Assembly: GCA_951406725.2 (NCBI GenBank)
Contig: OX597828.1
Location: 11,594,001 to 11,658,000 of the forward strand
DNA from: Octopus vulgaris
Taxonomy: Eukaryota
Direction of reading: 5' to 3'
Length of the DNA: 64,000 nt
The notes under the pieces are model-generated. The model was not told the DNA's origin. It did no database searches and saw only the letters and a program-made list of their open reading frames with translations. The position numbers were made by a program, and so were the translations under genes. This document shows, in pieces, positions 39,278 through 53,520 of this stretch (the stretch's first letter is position 1; each line of letters begins with the position of its first letter).

Positions 39278-39653
39278 ATGCATGTGTATGTGTGTGGGGA
39301 GAAAGTGTAGACAATGGGTAGGTGACACTCAATGAGCGTCAGTTGTCACAAAATGTATGTGTATTCACACACGCATACAGTTACATACACTCACATACAC
39401 ACCCATATAGAAAATGTGATGTTGTTGTCATCGTGATCATGGTATAAAATGTTGTTTACAATATTTGACTTATGGAAAGATTAAAATGTTAAAAACTTTC
39501 TTAATGCAAATATGTAAATGAAAATAAAGTTTATTTGATAGCTGAAAGATTACTGAATCTTTTGATAGCCTATATCTCAAAATCAGCAGCTAGGTTTTCG
39601 AATGCATAAGGAACATACACAGACACACACAAGCTCTGCTTTATATATTAAGA
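37035..39653 (-). mobile_element. Internally deleted, decayed Helitron (Rep + PIF1 helicase pseudogene) with both termini
   Basis: Rep: DAMTYVRTYRKPDLFVTFTC. Helicase: ECPM, GGVIVLLAGDFRQMLPVIP, ERAILAP.N, PPH.L.L..GAP.M.LRNL...CNGTRL, QFPVKLSF. 5' A|TC start; 3' hairpin then TTAG|T. Confidence 0.92.
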
Positions 39654-40953
39654 TATATATATATATACAGAGAGAGAGAGAGAGTCCCTTTAGGTATAAA
39701 ACAGGTAAAGATTAGCAGCAGGAAAGGCACCTGACTGTAAAACAATGCCTCATTGACACATATGTTTAACTCATGCTAGTATGGGCAAACAGACACAAAA
39801 TCTATAAACATATATATACCCTAATCTTTGAAGCTACTTCCTTTTAACAGCCACCCCTCATTCTCAGTATTATCCCTTCCCAAACTAACCCCCACTTTCC
39901 TCTCAAGAACTATCACATCCTTTCTGTTGTCATACCTCACTCTTAACACCCTCTGATATCTACCACCGTTGTCTCTTCCACCATCTTTTTCCCCACTCGC
40001 TACATTCTTCCCTAGGTATTCTCAATTATTTGTGCAATATTCTGTCAGGACAGTCATCAGAGATTTTAATTTAGTGTGTACATATATACTAATTATTTTC
40101 TTGGTTTTCCTCATTCAACTGTGGCCATGCTGGGGCACTGACGTTTTATGGTTTCAGTTGATTGCCAACCCCAGTACTTCTGTCTAGAACTTCTTTCATT
40201 GATATCTATATATTCAATGACTAAGACCACTCTGAAGCATAGGGATGTAATGAAGATGGAATAAATATTTCAAGGTGTTTTTGTTCATTGACTCTGATTC
40301 AGCCATCCAATGCTGATGTACTGGTGTGTATACACACACACACACACATGGTTCTGGGTTCAGTCCCACTGCATGGCACCTTGGGCAGGTGTCTTCTACT
40401 ATAGCCCCGGGCCAACCAAAGCCCTGTGAGTGGATTTGGTAGACAGAAACTGAAAGAAGCACAACGTATATATGTATATGTATGTGTGTGTGTATGTATT
40501 CATGTGTCTGTGTTTGTCCCCCCAATATCGCTTGACAACCATGCTGGTGTGTTTACGTCCCCATAACTTAGCGGTTCAGCAAAAGAGAACTGCTAGAATA
40601 AGTACTAGGCTTACAAAGAAAAAGCCCTGTGGTCGATTTGCTCAACTAAAGGTGGTGCTCCAGCATGGCCACAGTCAAATAACAGAAACAAGTAAAAGAG
40701 AAAAAGAGTATATACACACACACACAAAAGAAACAGGAAATTATGCAATTTAATCCATTAGCTTACGGCTGTTTCTGCCATAAGATGATGTGCATCTTAT
40801 AGCAAAAATAGCCTTAAGCTAACTACATGATTTCCTGTTATTTATCTGATATCATATCACATTTTGTACTCAATGCTTTATTCTGAAAAATATGTATATT
40901 GTATTCTAACAGCAAGCAAAATATTAAAATATATACATATATATATATTTAGA

Positions 40954-41002
<49 letters not shown>

Positions 41003-41877
41003 AGAAAAAATTTATAGAATATTGCTTTATACATTCACAGACACACAGAGAGAACAGGCCACTAATTAAGATTACTTTTAGATAACAATAATTAGCTGAT
41101 AATATAAGAATTGCCTGAATGTATTGGACCCCCTAATTTTGATATCACAATATCCATGATTATAATCAGATCCTATTCTTTCTTTCTTTTCTCTCTCTCT
41201 CTCTATATATATATATAAGAACCAAAAATCAGAGACAGGTAAGGGAATAACAAACAAAGTGTATTAGTTTGACACTCAGGAAGAATGGAAAAGCCTTTGA
41301 TGTTTCAAGCTTATGTTCTTTAACAGAAAAGAATGAGGAGAGAAAACAAAGAGAGAAAAAAGCATGTCTGGATTTAAGTTTTCCACGTCGATATATATAT
41401 CTCTCACCATTTAATATCCACTTTTCATGCTTGCATTGATCAAATGAAATTTGTTGAGGCAGATTTTCTACCAACATCTAGACACCCTTCCTGTCACCAT
41501 CACCCACGTATTTCCAAGCAAAGTAATATTTCCCATGACCAGATATGTTTTCTGTGGAAGACTAGAATAAAAGAGCATCACTTGTGTCATGATGATGATG
41601 ATGATGATGTTCTTTGAGAGACATCAGGTGATATGAAAACAAAGCTGCATACAGATAAACACACACATACATATATATATGTGTAGAGTGTTTGAAGTTG
41701 AACCCATTCATTCGAATAATGAATTGCTGAAGAAAAGACTAATTTGTGATTTCAAAAGGATTATTTTCCGTTTTGTTTTGAACTAATTAGGCTTGGAAAC
41801 AACTTGTAGAATCTGTATTGGATTTGTACCAACTTTGTATTAAAGGATCGTCTTTGCTTATATATTTTCCTTTCCTT

Positions 41878-41954
<77 letters not shown>

Positions 41955-42465
41955 TTTTACTTGCTTCAATCATTTGATTGCACCCATGCTGGAGAACTGC
42001 CTTCAAGGGCTTTTTTTGACTCAAAGAAATTGACTTTGACTTATTTTGTTGGTCTCTTTTGCCAAACCGATAAGTCATGGGGATGTAAACACACCAACAT
42101 CAGTTGTCAAGCAATGGTGGTGGGGAGAAATATAGACACAAACACATAACTATATATATATATATATACACGACAGGCTTCTTTCAGTTTCCATCTATCA
42201 AATCCACTCACAACGCTTTGGTCAACTTGAGGCTATGTAGAAGACACTTGCCCAAAGAGCCACACGATGAGACTGAACCCATAAGTGTGGTTAGGAAGCA
42301 AGCTTCTTATCACAAAACCACACTTGTGCCTGTCTATACAACAAGACTAGTATTTATTCTCTCAGTTCCTTTTACTGAATTGCTAAGTTATGGGGACATA
42401 AACACACCAACATTGGTTGTCAAGTGATGGCAGGGTGACAAATACAGACACACACACATAAATAT

Positions 42466-42508
<43 letters not shown>

Positions 42509-42843
42509 CATACACATACTACATGCATCTTTCGCTTTCTGTCTACCAAATCTACCCACAAGGCTTTGGTCAACCCAGGGCTATAGCATAAGGCACTTCT
42601 CCAAGGTGTTGTGCAGTGGAGTTGAACCCGGGACCACATGGTTGAAAAGCAAGCTTCTTAACAGACTCATGCTTACAACTAACCCACAAGTAAGACAAGC
42701 TTCCACAGACACTCAAAAAGTACTTATGAATCCATGCTTTCACAGGGATTGAACCAGAAAGGTTTAAAATCAAATGCTCAACAACCGAACATCCACGTCT
42801 GAATAATCTTCACTACGATTAACAATTGTAACACGTTACTTAC

Positions 42844-42897
42844 TTTTCGGTGTAGTTTTAGTTACATGTTCCAAAATGCTGTATAGGTTGGAAGATT
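42844..42897 (-). CDS. COG1: COG1 exon 11 (ESSNLYSILEHVTKTTPK)
   Basis: ttccag / gtaagt; phase 1/1; similar to LLFSTLETITGQHP. Confidence 0.85.
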
Positions 42898-44646
42898 CTG
42901 GAAAGGAGTAAACAATAAAGACATTATTAAAAAATTTGAATTTTCATTTGTATTTATACTTTACAAATTTCTGAACTGAAAGAAAATATAATGAAATTAA
43001 GTAATATATATAATAAAAAAAAAAGCTCTAAGAAAGATAACTTCAAGAAATTTCTTCAGAGTTGCCTCCCCTGTTAAATTAAATTTCTATTTTGTCATCA
43101 ATGTTTTGTTTATACTTCTCTTCTATGGTCGCATGGATCATATGGAGTTTGAGTGTTTTCGATGACCGGATTCCCTTTCTGTCGCCAATCTGTTTTCAGA
43201 TTGACCAGGCATATTTTCATGAATGGTTAGAAATGAAGTACAATGCCTGATGGTGAAGCTACTTTATAACTGTCACATAATGTCATGGTTAAGAGAGAGA
43301 GACCAACACACACACACACACACACACATAAATATGCATACGTGTGTGTGTGTGTAACCTATATAATAAATATATAAACAGAGGTAATTTTAGCTATTTT
43401 TCCATAGATTGAAAAAAAATGAACAACCTTAATTTTTAAATCCTGTTGGAATATCGTCAAAGGCATCTTCATGAATTTGACCAATCCCAGAGAAGAAGGC
43501 AGCCAACCTGTCTATATACTCAACAATTACACAAGCTACAGAAAACAAGGGCTTCTGATTTTCATACCATAAGTGTTAATACTTTATTTAATATCAAAGA
43601 CCTGTCAGCAGGGATCTCAGGTCACAGAGTATCAAGTTATGATATGACATATGTAAGTTATATAGTAGATATGTATACAGTTAATTTAACCGTTTTTCTG
43701 TAGATTAAAAAAACTGATGAACGTCCTTAATCGATTTTCAAAACTTATTGGATTCTTATCAGACACCTACATCAATTTGGTCAATTTCAGAGAAGCAAGT
43801 AGCTAATCATCATCATCATCGTTTAACATCTGCTTTCCTTGCTGGCATCGGTTGGATGGTTTGACTTAGGTGTGGCAAACCCGGAGGCTGCATCTGATCT
43901 GGCAGGGTTTCTAAAGCTGGTGGCCCTTCCTTACGCCAACCACTCTGAGAGTGTAGTGGGTGGTTTTTACATGCCACCAGCACAAGAGGCAGTCAGGCAG
44001 CACTGGTATTGACCACACTTGAATGGTACTCTTTACATGCCACCAGCATGGGAGACAGTCAGGTGGTGCTGCACTTCATATAATCACCATATATATGTAT
44101 GCATGTATGTATGTATATTTGTAAAAGTAATATCCAAGTATCAAAGTGTAGGAAGCTAGTAAGTCTCATGTAGTCCATAGAAGGTATAAAAAGCAACTTT
44201 CAGGAACAATAGCAAATTATTGATGTAGAAGGTTGTAAATTTTTCCTATGGCAAAGTTCGATACACTGAAAAAATTGTTTAAAGCTTATAGTTAGCAGCA
44301 AGAGTAGAAGAATAGAAATCCAAAATCAAAGAAAGGATTTTGTAGAGAAACACCCAAGTACATCAATTTCATCTACTAATTGCTTCAGTCTACTGGAGGG
44401 ATAAAGGTAAGATGAGGTATTTTTGCCTCTTGGCTGAAACAGCTGTAAGATATTTTCCCAATTTCTATTCCTGTATCTTATATATTTTATAATTACTGGT
44501 ATCTTTATATATTATATATGTAAAGCATAATATGTTATACATGTATATTGTTATAACTGTCCTTTTAGGGAATAAATAAATTGACATAATATAATGTCTA
44601 AAAGCTGATGAATACCACCTATTGATTCCCTCCATTTTCTTATTGC

Positions 44647-44686
<40 letters not shown>

Positions 44687-44881
44687 AAGAAGAAGAAACT
44701 TGTCAAAAGTGTCCTACAAGAACAATGTGCTTTACCACTGTGGTAGGTGCACCCATGCAAAACAATTCTCCTAACGAAAATAAGCAATTACCTCACCATA
44801 TTAGCATGGATCAATGGATATGAAACCTAAAATAAGAAAAGAAAACAAGCTTATTTGTAAGAATTGCAGACTAACCCTCAC

Positions 44882-45026
44882 CAGAAGCTGGAACATCACT
44901 GTCTGAAGTGTAGAAGACTGTATATATCTGGTGCACTGTCTTTACAATTAGCTGAACCACAAGGCATATCTGTTGTTTGATGCCAATACCTTGCTGGGAA
45001 ACATGGAACAATTGCTGAACGGCATT
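44882..45026 (-). CDS. COG1: COG1 exon 10 (NAVQQLFHVSQQGIGIKQQICLVVQLIVKTVHQIYTVFY...)
   Basis: cccacag / gtgagg; matches GAGIKAQICSLVELLATTLKQAHALFY. Confidence 0.93.
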
Positions 45027-45129
45027 CTGTGGGAGGAAGGGAAGGAAGAAAGGAAACCAGAACAGATATTAATTTAAAGAGACAAAATTGATTAAATAGC
45101 TTCCAAACTAGAAAAAAAAAAAAAAATTA

Positions 45130-45695
45130 TTTGGTTGTCTGGAAAGTTTGTGCCGATTTTTACAGTAAAGAAAAAGGTCAATAAATACTTGCCATTACAT
45201 TTTTAATCAACTAAATATGAATCATTTTGTTGCACAATGCATCTCCATCTTATCTTTAACTTGAAAATGCCCTCTTCCCAGAATTGAGGCAGCTTCATGG
45301 CAACAAATTCATCAAGGTATCTTTTTACGTCATCCAAGGAATTGGAATTTTTACCATTAAGACTATTCTGCAGAGACCTGAATAAGTGGAAATCCGAAGG
45401 AGCAATATCTGGTGAATATGGAGGGTTGGGTAACATATCCCAGCCAAGCTGCAGCAATTTTTGTCAGGTTCCCAAAGTATCAAGTGCCGAAAATGAACTT
45501 TCTTATCTTACATTTTAAAGGGTTACAGAATTAACACAGGCTATAGGAACATAAACCTTCTTCTATGAAAAGATAGCTTAAACTGTGCTGTAAATGGAAG
45601 TGTAGTCAAATCCTATTTTATGGAGATAACCATGTTCCAAAATAAGTCGAAAGGTAAGCTACTATAGATCGGCACGAATTTTCCGGACAAGCCAA
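45130..45695 (-). mobile_element. Internally deleted mariner (Tc1/mariner) element
   Basis: ~28-bp TIRs (TT.G.TTGTC.GGAAA.TT.GTGCCGAT), TA TSDs, and ORF 45203..45457 with YSPDIAPSDFHLF. Confidence 0.92.
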
Positions 45696-45734
45696 TACAT
45701 TCCTTTAAACCAGCCATATCCAACGTCTGGCAGC

Positions 45735-46142
45735 TGACTTGGCAGACACCCAAAAAATTATTAACCATCTTACAAACAATAACTCTGAAGCACCTTTTCA
45801 AATTCCACCTGTCTAACACCCGTGGACATGTTTACAAAGTCAGAAAACAGCACAGCTCCCATGACTTTCGGAAACATTTTTTCACGCTAAGAGTTGCTGA
45901 AGTATGGAACAAACTGCCGCCATCAGTTGTTAGTTGTCGGAGCACTGCATCCTTCAAAGTTTCCATGCTTCCTGAGATTTGCCAACACTACACCTGATTT
46001 TCTTCCCTCCATACACATGCAAGCATGTATCTGACTCATACACTGTTCACTTCCCAGGCATTTGTACATTACTGCATATGCTTTATATGCACTTTTGACA
46101 AGTTGTGGTGCAGCACTGTATACAATAATTTCATTATTATTA
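45735..46142 (+). mobile_element. CR1/L2-group LINE 3' end; second 3' UTR copy at 55262-55460
   Basis: TRGHVYKVRK...FRKHFFTLRVAEVWNKLP motif and an (ATT)n tail. Confidence 0.85.
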
Positions 46143-46475
46143 TATTCATAATATGAATAAGGGGTAATCTATTACATATCATTTATAAAAGAACTGTTTC
46201 TTATTCCCAGCCAAGTACAAGTGCATAACCCATTAATGCAGTGTTTCTCAAACGAGATGTCCCAGAGGCTGAGGGTTTGGGTTTCATGTGAAATAACGAT
46301 AAGTTGATTAGATGCAAATGCATTTATGTATTTCTGAGTGTAGCTTGTGTTTAATTCTACATTTATAATTCGAATTATACAGGCATGGCTTATTCAAAAG
46401 ACTGGTGCTTGAAGACTATAAAGAAGCCCTACATGAATAAGGAATAAGGAATTGAAGAATCATTTGGTCTGATTA

Positions 46476-46680
46476 ACCCTTTAGCTTTTAAACTGGCCAT
46501 ATCTGTTTTATGTTCATACCGACCAAATCTGGTTTCTCACACCAACCCTACAAAACCATTCAAAGAATTTAACAGTTACCTCATCAAAATCTCACAGCTA
46601 CAAGATAATGCATGGTTATTTTGAGACCATGTAAATAAATAAGCATTATCTTAGACAGAATAATGTGAATGCTAAAGGAT
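46476..46680. mobile_element. piggyBac-like MITE; related copies at about 47818-48008 and 54395-54570
   Basis: TTAA-CCCTTTAGC ... GCTAAAGGA-TTAA ends. Confidence 0.7.
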
Positions 46681-46789
46681 TAAGATCTTGGTTTAAGATC
46701 AAGACCATCTTACCAGCTTATAAGCTTCTAGGCAAAGGGAACATGAACGGCCACAGGGGAGGTAGAAGAGAAGTCAGGTTAGGTATGGG

Positions 46790-47310
46790 GGTAATATGTC
46801 ATTGCAACACATTGCTGCATCCACCATTTGCTCAGGCTATCCCCAGGCAACTCTCAGAGCAGTGCCCTAACCAGTTCCCATTCCCTCATACCTATGAGAC
46901 ACTTTCTCATCCACTATGATCATGTGACATGTGGCTGACCAACACATCCTCATACACATCCCATACAAGACAGAGGGCACATCCCTGTTTCTGAGTTGTA
47001 GGTTGGATACAAAATGCGACCAACAGTAACCCATAATACATCGCTGCATCCACCATTTACTTGGGTTGTCCTGAAAAACCCGCAGAGCAGTGTCCCAATC
47101 GGCCCTCATCTCTCTAAGATACTTCCTCATCCATCATGACCATGTGGCATGTGGCTGACCAACATGAGTTGCCACTCCAGATGGATCCTCACAGAAGACA
47201 ACATGATATGCAGGATCCAACTCGGAAAATCAAGCAGCATGGCCAGACAGTCTGAGCTGACACCCTCAAACCATACAAGTAACAGGACACATCCCAGTTT
47301 CTGGGTATAG
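46790..47310 (-). mobile_element. Duplicated, decayed non-LTR (RTE-like) C-terminal fragments
   Basis: Two diverged ~225-bp copies of catccaccattt...catgtggctgaccaac; the translation is weakly RTE-like. Confidence 0.5.
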
Positions 47311-48239
47311 ATGTTGGATCATCACCATCATCATCATCATCATCACTATCGTTAATATCCACTTTCCATGCTGGCATGGGTTGGACGGATTAACATGGAG
47401 CTGGCTAACAGCGAGCTGACCAAACTCCAACTGTCTGTTATGGAAATCCAGCAGAGAGTCCCTTGGTAGCAGAAGAGACGATGCCCTAAGAATAGCTGGA
47501 GGTGGGATACTGAAGCTGAGCTGAGAATGGAGAGTAACAGAAAAAAAAAACTCTCAGAGTGGGAACAGTGGAGAAAAGTTATCAATAACCCATACATAAT
47601 AAAGAGAGAAGTGCTTCAGTAAGTGATCAATATTATAAAATTTAAGTAAATACTGTGCAACATAGCAAAATTGTCCTTTTTATGAATGAGTAAAACAAAG
47701 ATGATCATGACTCTGATGATCTCAATGAAGTTATTCCCTGTGGCTAAACAATAACAAGTCACAGACATTTCAAGCTTAAATCTTTGGAAAGAAGCCTAAA
47801 AGATTGCTCCATCTTTAAACCTTTGGCATTCAGATTACTTTGTCAAAAGTAAAGCTTATTTATTCATAGCTTCAAGATTTTGATGATGTGATTGTATCCT
47901 TTTAAAATGACACTGTAAGCTTGGTATGAGAGGCCAGATCCAGCCTGTTTGAACATAGAGCTAATAAAATATTTGGGTCGGATGTTGACAGTTTAAATGC
48001 TAATGGGTTAAAATAACACCAAATCATACAGTTTCAAAACAGAGTAAGCATTATTGCTGGTAAACTAAGCATTAGATTTTGAAAATTTACAAAATATTTT
48101 AGGATATTTACTAAGGTTTTACTAAGGTTCAAAAATGATCTTGCTAAAGAATGTGACATGTTATCAAGCAAGTAGAAACAATAATAAAAGCAAACGGTTT
48201 CCTATGAAAAATAAAATGCCGGCTAGTTTGTATACTCAC

Positions 48240-48326
48240 AGTTCTAGCCAAAAGGAATTCATTGAAAACTTGTCGTGGAGTACAATCTTCCAATAAAAGG
48301 ATGGAGCAGAGTGCATCTGCAATTTG
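48240..48326 (-). CDS. COG1: COG1 exon 9 (QIADALCSILLLEDCTPRQVFNEFLLART)
   Basis: ttttag / gtgagt; matches AVAEALCSIMLLEESSPRQALTDFLLARK. Confidence 0.96.
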
Positions 48327-48698
48327 CTAAAAACAAAAAAAAAAGTACATATATACATATATGTATGTGTATATATATAAAATACAAAATGGGACAAGAA
48401 TGCAAAACATCTGGACAACTAGGTGATATAAAAAGGGACAACAAAATATCCAGATAGACGATACAAAAAAACAAGGACGGGTCATTCGAAGCTTTCTATC
48501 CTCAGTCAAGAACCGGATCAACCTCGCAATTTCGGTTGATTAATCTTGAGATTGCTCCAATCTGACCAGCCCCAAGGAAAAACTAAGCTAAGAGCATTAG
48601 ATTCCTTGGAAGAAAGCATAGAATGTATACAAAAACAAGGACGGAAAAACAGACAATGTTACACGAATATAAATACAAAATACAATAAAAAAAAAAAA

Positions 48699-48784
<86 letters not shown>

Positions 48785-51036
48785 CAACAGGACATAACAA
48801 CAGGTGTCTTTCGACTGGGGATGCATTGAATTCAGCTGGCATGTGTGGAAATGAAGCCTTACAGCAGAGATACAAATGTCTATGTGTGTGAGTGTAATAC
48901 ACATGTGTGCAGGATTGGTCTGCAAGAGCCTTATGTCAGTGCCACGTAAAAAGACCACTTGTGCCAGGGCCACATTAAAGCACCCAGCACCATCTGTAAA
49001 GTGGTTGGCATTAGGAAGGGCATCCTACCATAGAAACCAGGCCAAATCAGACTTGAACCTGGTGCAGCTTTCCGATTTGCCAGCGCTGGTCAAACTGTCC
49101 AGCCCATGTCAGCATGGACAACAGACATTAGGGGATGATAATGATCATAGCAATGACCATGTATCTAGCCAGCTATATCATCCTCATCATCATTGTTTTA
49201 ATAGCCACTTTTCCATTCTGAATTTTGAGTCTTTCTCTTTGTGGAATCACCTGTATGAGGGACATTATGATGCACAAAGTTAAGGTGGCAGAACTAGAAG
49301 AACCATTAGCAAGCTAGGCAAAATGTTTAGTGGCATTTCGTTTGTCTTTACATTCCAGGTTCAAATACCACCGAGGTCGACTTTGCTTTCATCCTTCCAG
49401 GGGTTGATAAATTAAGTACCAGTTGAGTACAGGGGTTGATGTAATCAACTTAACCCCTCCCGTGAAATTTCAGACCTTGTACCTATAGTAGAAAGTGTTA
49501 TATTGTACAAAGTTTCCTTTCTGTGTTTTTCAAGATTTGAGAGAGATTTGGTTGATATTGCTAGCAAGCAGAACAACCATTAACAGGCTTCTTCATTAGC
49601 CTGAAAAAAAAATTACAGACGATGACAACGATGATGAATACGACGATGATGATGATGATGATGACAATTGTGGTGATGATGATTCATTGCTACTGCTATA
49701 GCATGCAGTCAACCACATTAACTATAATCACCTGACCTAACCTTAGAAAAAATTCATTAATGAAAACATTGTTATTATATTTGATGACTTTAACGCAAAT
49801 ATTATTTGTTTTGTTTACACAATAAATATTAATATTCTTCAAAATGGTACGTGAATGATATATTGTTAAAGGATTTAATATTATTAAACATATCAATGAT
49901 AATGAATAAATACTGTTCATCTTCATTAATATGTTTTATTTAAAAAGATGACCGTTAATAAATTCAATAATTTACATTTTTTGTTTCAGACACTCAACTG
50001 TGGCCATGCTGGGGCATCACCTTGTGGAATTTTAATCAAATGAATCAACCCAAGTATTTACTTTTCTTAAATTCGATACTTATTCCATCACTCCTTTTTG
50101 ACAGATTGCTGAAGTATGAGAACATAAACACACTAACACCGGTTGTCAAGTGGTGGTGGGACACACAAAACATACATATATATATATATGGCAGGCTTCT
50201 TTCAGTTTCCACCTACCAAATACACTCACAAGGCATTGGTCGACCTGAGACTATAGCAGATGTTTGTCAAAGGTGCCACACAGTGTGACTGAACCCAGAA
50301 CCATGTGGTTGGAAGCAAACAGTATAAATATAAGTGGCTGTGTGGTAAGTAGCTTGCTTACCAGCCACATGGGTCCAGGTTCAGTCCCACTGCATGGCAC
50401 CTTGGGCAAGCATCTTCTATTATAGCCTCGGGCCGACCAAAGGCTTGTGAGTGGATTTGGTAGACGGAAACTGAAAGAAGCCCGTCATATATATATATAT
50501 CATTATCATCGTTTAACATCCACCTTCCATGCTAGCATGGGTTGGATGATTTTAACTGAGGGCTGGCGAACCAGACAGCCACACCAGGCTCCAATCTTGA
50601 TCTGGCAGAGTTTCTACAGCTGGATGCCCTTCCTAACGCCAACCACTCCGAGAGTGTAGTGGGTGCTATTTACATGCTACCGATATATATGTGTATATGT
50701 TTGTGTGTCTGTGTTGTCCCCCAACATCGCTTGACAACCGATGCTGGTGTGTTTGTGTCCCCGTAACTTAGCAGTTCAGCAAAAAGAATGATGGAATAAG
50801 TACTAGGCTTACAAAGAATAAGTCCTGGGGTCAATTTGTTCGACTAAAGGCAGTGCTCCAGCATGGCCGCAGTCAAATGACTGAAACAAGTAAAAGAATA
50901 AAAGAGAATATACAATAAACGGTAAAGTAAATGGCATAGTAAGCCATATTCTACAGTGTCACTGACTTTTGATGCATTGTCTAACATGAGAATCGAACGA
51001 TGATGTCAAAATACCAAAGAACATGGATATACTTAC

Positions 51037-51078
51037 TTGGTCTGTTGCATTCACTTCTCTTAACAGTTTGCGACATCC
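51037..51078 (-). CDS. COG1: COG1 exon 8 (GCRKLLREVNATDQ)
   Basis: cttag / gtaagt; 42 nt, phase 0/0; similar to SKMLLKCQGVSDQ. Confidence 0.88.
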
Positions 51079-53340
51079 CTAAGCAAATAAATACAGAAAT
51101 GTAAATTAACATGAATTTAATATTAATCAGGCAATGATTAAAAAATGCAAAAGAATTAAGTTGCGTACAGATATGAATAAGTAGGGAAGGCCTGTGCACA
51201 CAATAGGTTACCATGAGCAGATATTTAAGAGCAATGTCTTTTGGAAACCAGTATATTAGTAAAACATGAACCAGGTGGTTGATGACCATTCTACCACAGA
51301 AGGTGCCTCAGGCAAATATGGGAGACCCTTGTACATGAAGGATCCTGTATATCAGCGGTTCTTAACCTTTTTACGTAGTGCTCCCCCTCTTAAGTAGTTG
51401 CTGTCTAGTGCGTCATCGTTGCCAGAGCAGCTAACTGGCTTTCGTGCCAGTGGCACGTAAAGAGCACCATTCGAGCGTGATCGTTACCAATATCGCCTTA
51501 CTGGCACTTGTGCCGGTAGCACATGAAAAAACATTCGAACGAGGTCATTGCCAGTGCCGCTGAACTGGCTTCTGTGCAGGTGGCACGTAAAAAGCACCAT
51601 TCAAGCATGGCCATTGCCAGCCCCAGATTTTCATTTATGTGACTTGAGACAGCATTCACCCGGGGTGGGTTGAGCTGGCTTCATTCATCCTCAATGCTGC
51701 ATCATTGAGGATGCTTCATTCATCCTCAGTACTACCTGACTGACTCTCATGTCAGTGGCACGTAAAAGGCACCCACTACACTCTCGGAGTGGTTGGCGTT
51801 AGGAAGGGCATCCAGCTGTAGAAACTGCCAGATCAGATTGGAGCCTGTGCAGCCATCTGGTTTGCCAGTCATCAGTCAAATCGTCCAACCCATGCCAGCA
51901 TGGAAAACGGACGTTAAACGATGACAATGCCCACCTAAGTGACAAGTGAAGTATCACGACAAAACCAACTTAACATGGATGATAATTTATAAATTTTACT
52001 CTAAGAAATGAATTGTATAACCTTTTAACAGTGAAATGATAAAAAAAATTAATACACACCGTGACCTTTGGTGATTTATTGTGTTTGAGAAGATTCGTCA
52101 AGCCAAGTGAAATCTTAGTTGTGGCCAGTGTCATGGCACATAAAAACAACTGTGCCGGTGACATGTAAACAGCACCCGTTACATTCTTGGAATGGTTGGT
52201 GTTAGGAAGGGCACCCAGCTGTAGAAACCAAGCCAAATCAGACTGGAACCTAGTGCAGCACTGCTGCTTACCAGTTCCAGTCAAACTGTCTAAACCATGC
52301 CAGCATCAAAAGTGGACTCTAAATAATGACAATGATGATGATGATAATGGTGATGATGATGATGATGATGATGATGGTGGTGACGGACAAAAGTTGTAAA
52401 TTTGCTTTATTCATTGCAAGTTAATGACTTCCCTGTGCCTGCAAGATCTCGTTTTATTTTAATAATCATTAACAGTTTTATCATGTATAATTACTATTAT
52501 ACGTAAAATTGAGCATGTTAATAATGTTACTCCACTTCCCCCTAAGTGGAGACGCGTGGCTTAGTGGTTAGGGTGTTGGACTCATGATCGTAAGATTGTG
52601 GTTTCGATTCCTGGATCGGATGAAGCATTTTGTTCTTGAGCAAAACACTTCATTTCACGTTGCTCCAGTCCACTCAGCTGGCAAAAATGAGTAATCCTGT
52701 AATGGACAGGTGTCTCATCCAGATGGGGAATTTATACGCCACTGAAACCGGGAAACCGGCCCTCATGACCCTGGCATGGCTCCAGAAGGAAACACTTTTC
52801 CCTAAAGTCTAACACCCACTTTAACATGCCCACATTGAGAACCTCTACTCTATATGGTCACACAAGTTAGAAATAGCAACTACATCTCCCTCATTACTAT
52901 CTCAAAAGATAAATTGGACAATGTGGTCACTAATATACAAAAAGATAGGGAAGTCACAACTGGCACATGCCTGATCATGGGTGTTCTCAATCATAGTTGA
53001 CCTGAGGCTAAAATATAATAACAGCAGCAGCAGCAATGCAATAACTTAGTCTATAGCTGAAGGAAGTCTACTGTGCTAAATCTTCAGTACCTCACAGAAG
53101 TCAGCTGAGCATCATCATCTTCATCATCATCATCAGTATCATTTAACATCCATTTTCCATGCTGGCATCGGTTGGACGGCTTGACAGGAGCTGGCAAGCC
53201 AGAGGACTGCACTACGCTCTGCTGTCTGTTTTGGCATCAGCCGTACATATTTTTATACTTCTTGTTAGTTTTATATGTTTTTTTGGTTTCATTTAGTTTT
53301 TATGGGAGTATTTGTTAAAAGCAATAATTTTTGTTTTTAC

Positions 53341-53520
53341 CTGAAGAATAGTAGCTTTGAAGTGACTGATGGCAGTCCACTGTCGACTGAGTACAGGGAA
53401 ACAAGACAATATGCTGGCAGAACATTGGGCCTCTAACTGCAATCCAGTGTGAACGTGACGTGACAACAAGAAGGCCTGGGCAGCAAGAAGGAATTCCTGG
53501 CTGTCTACAGCACTCCACAT
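53341..53520 (-). CDS. COG1: COG1 exon 7 (MWSAVDSQEFLLAAQ...FPVLSRQWTAISHFKATILQ)
   Basis: cctag / gtaaaa; matches IWSSME...FPILIRQVAAASHFRSTIL; seen in the ORF track as 53293..53520. Confidence 0.95.
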
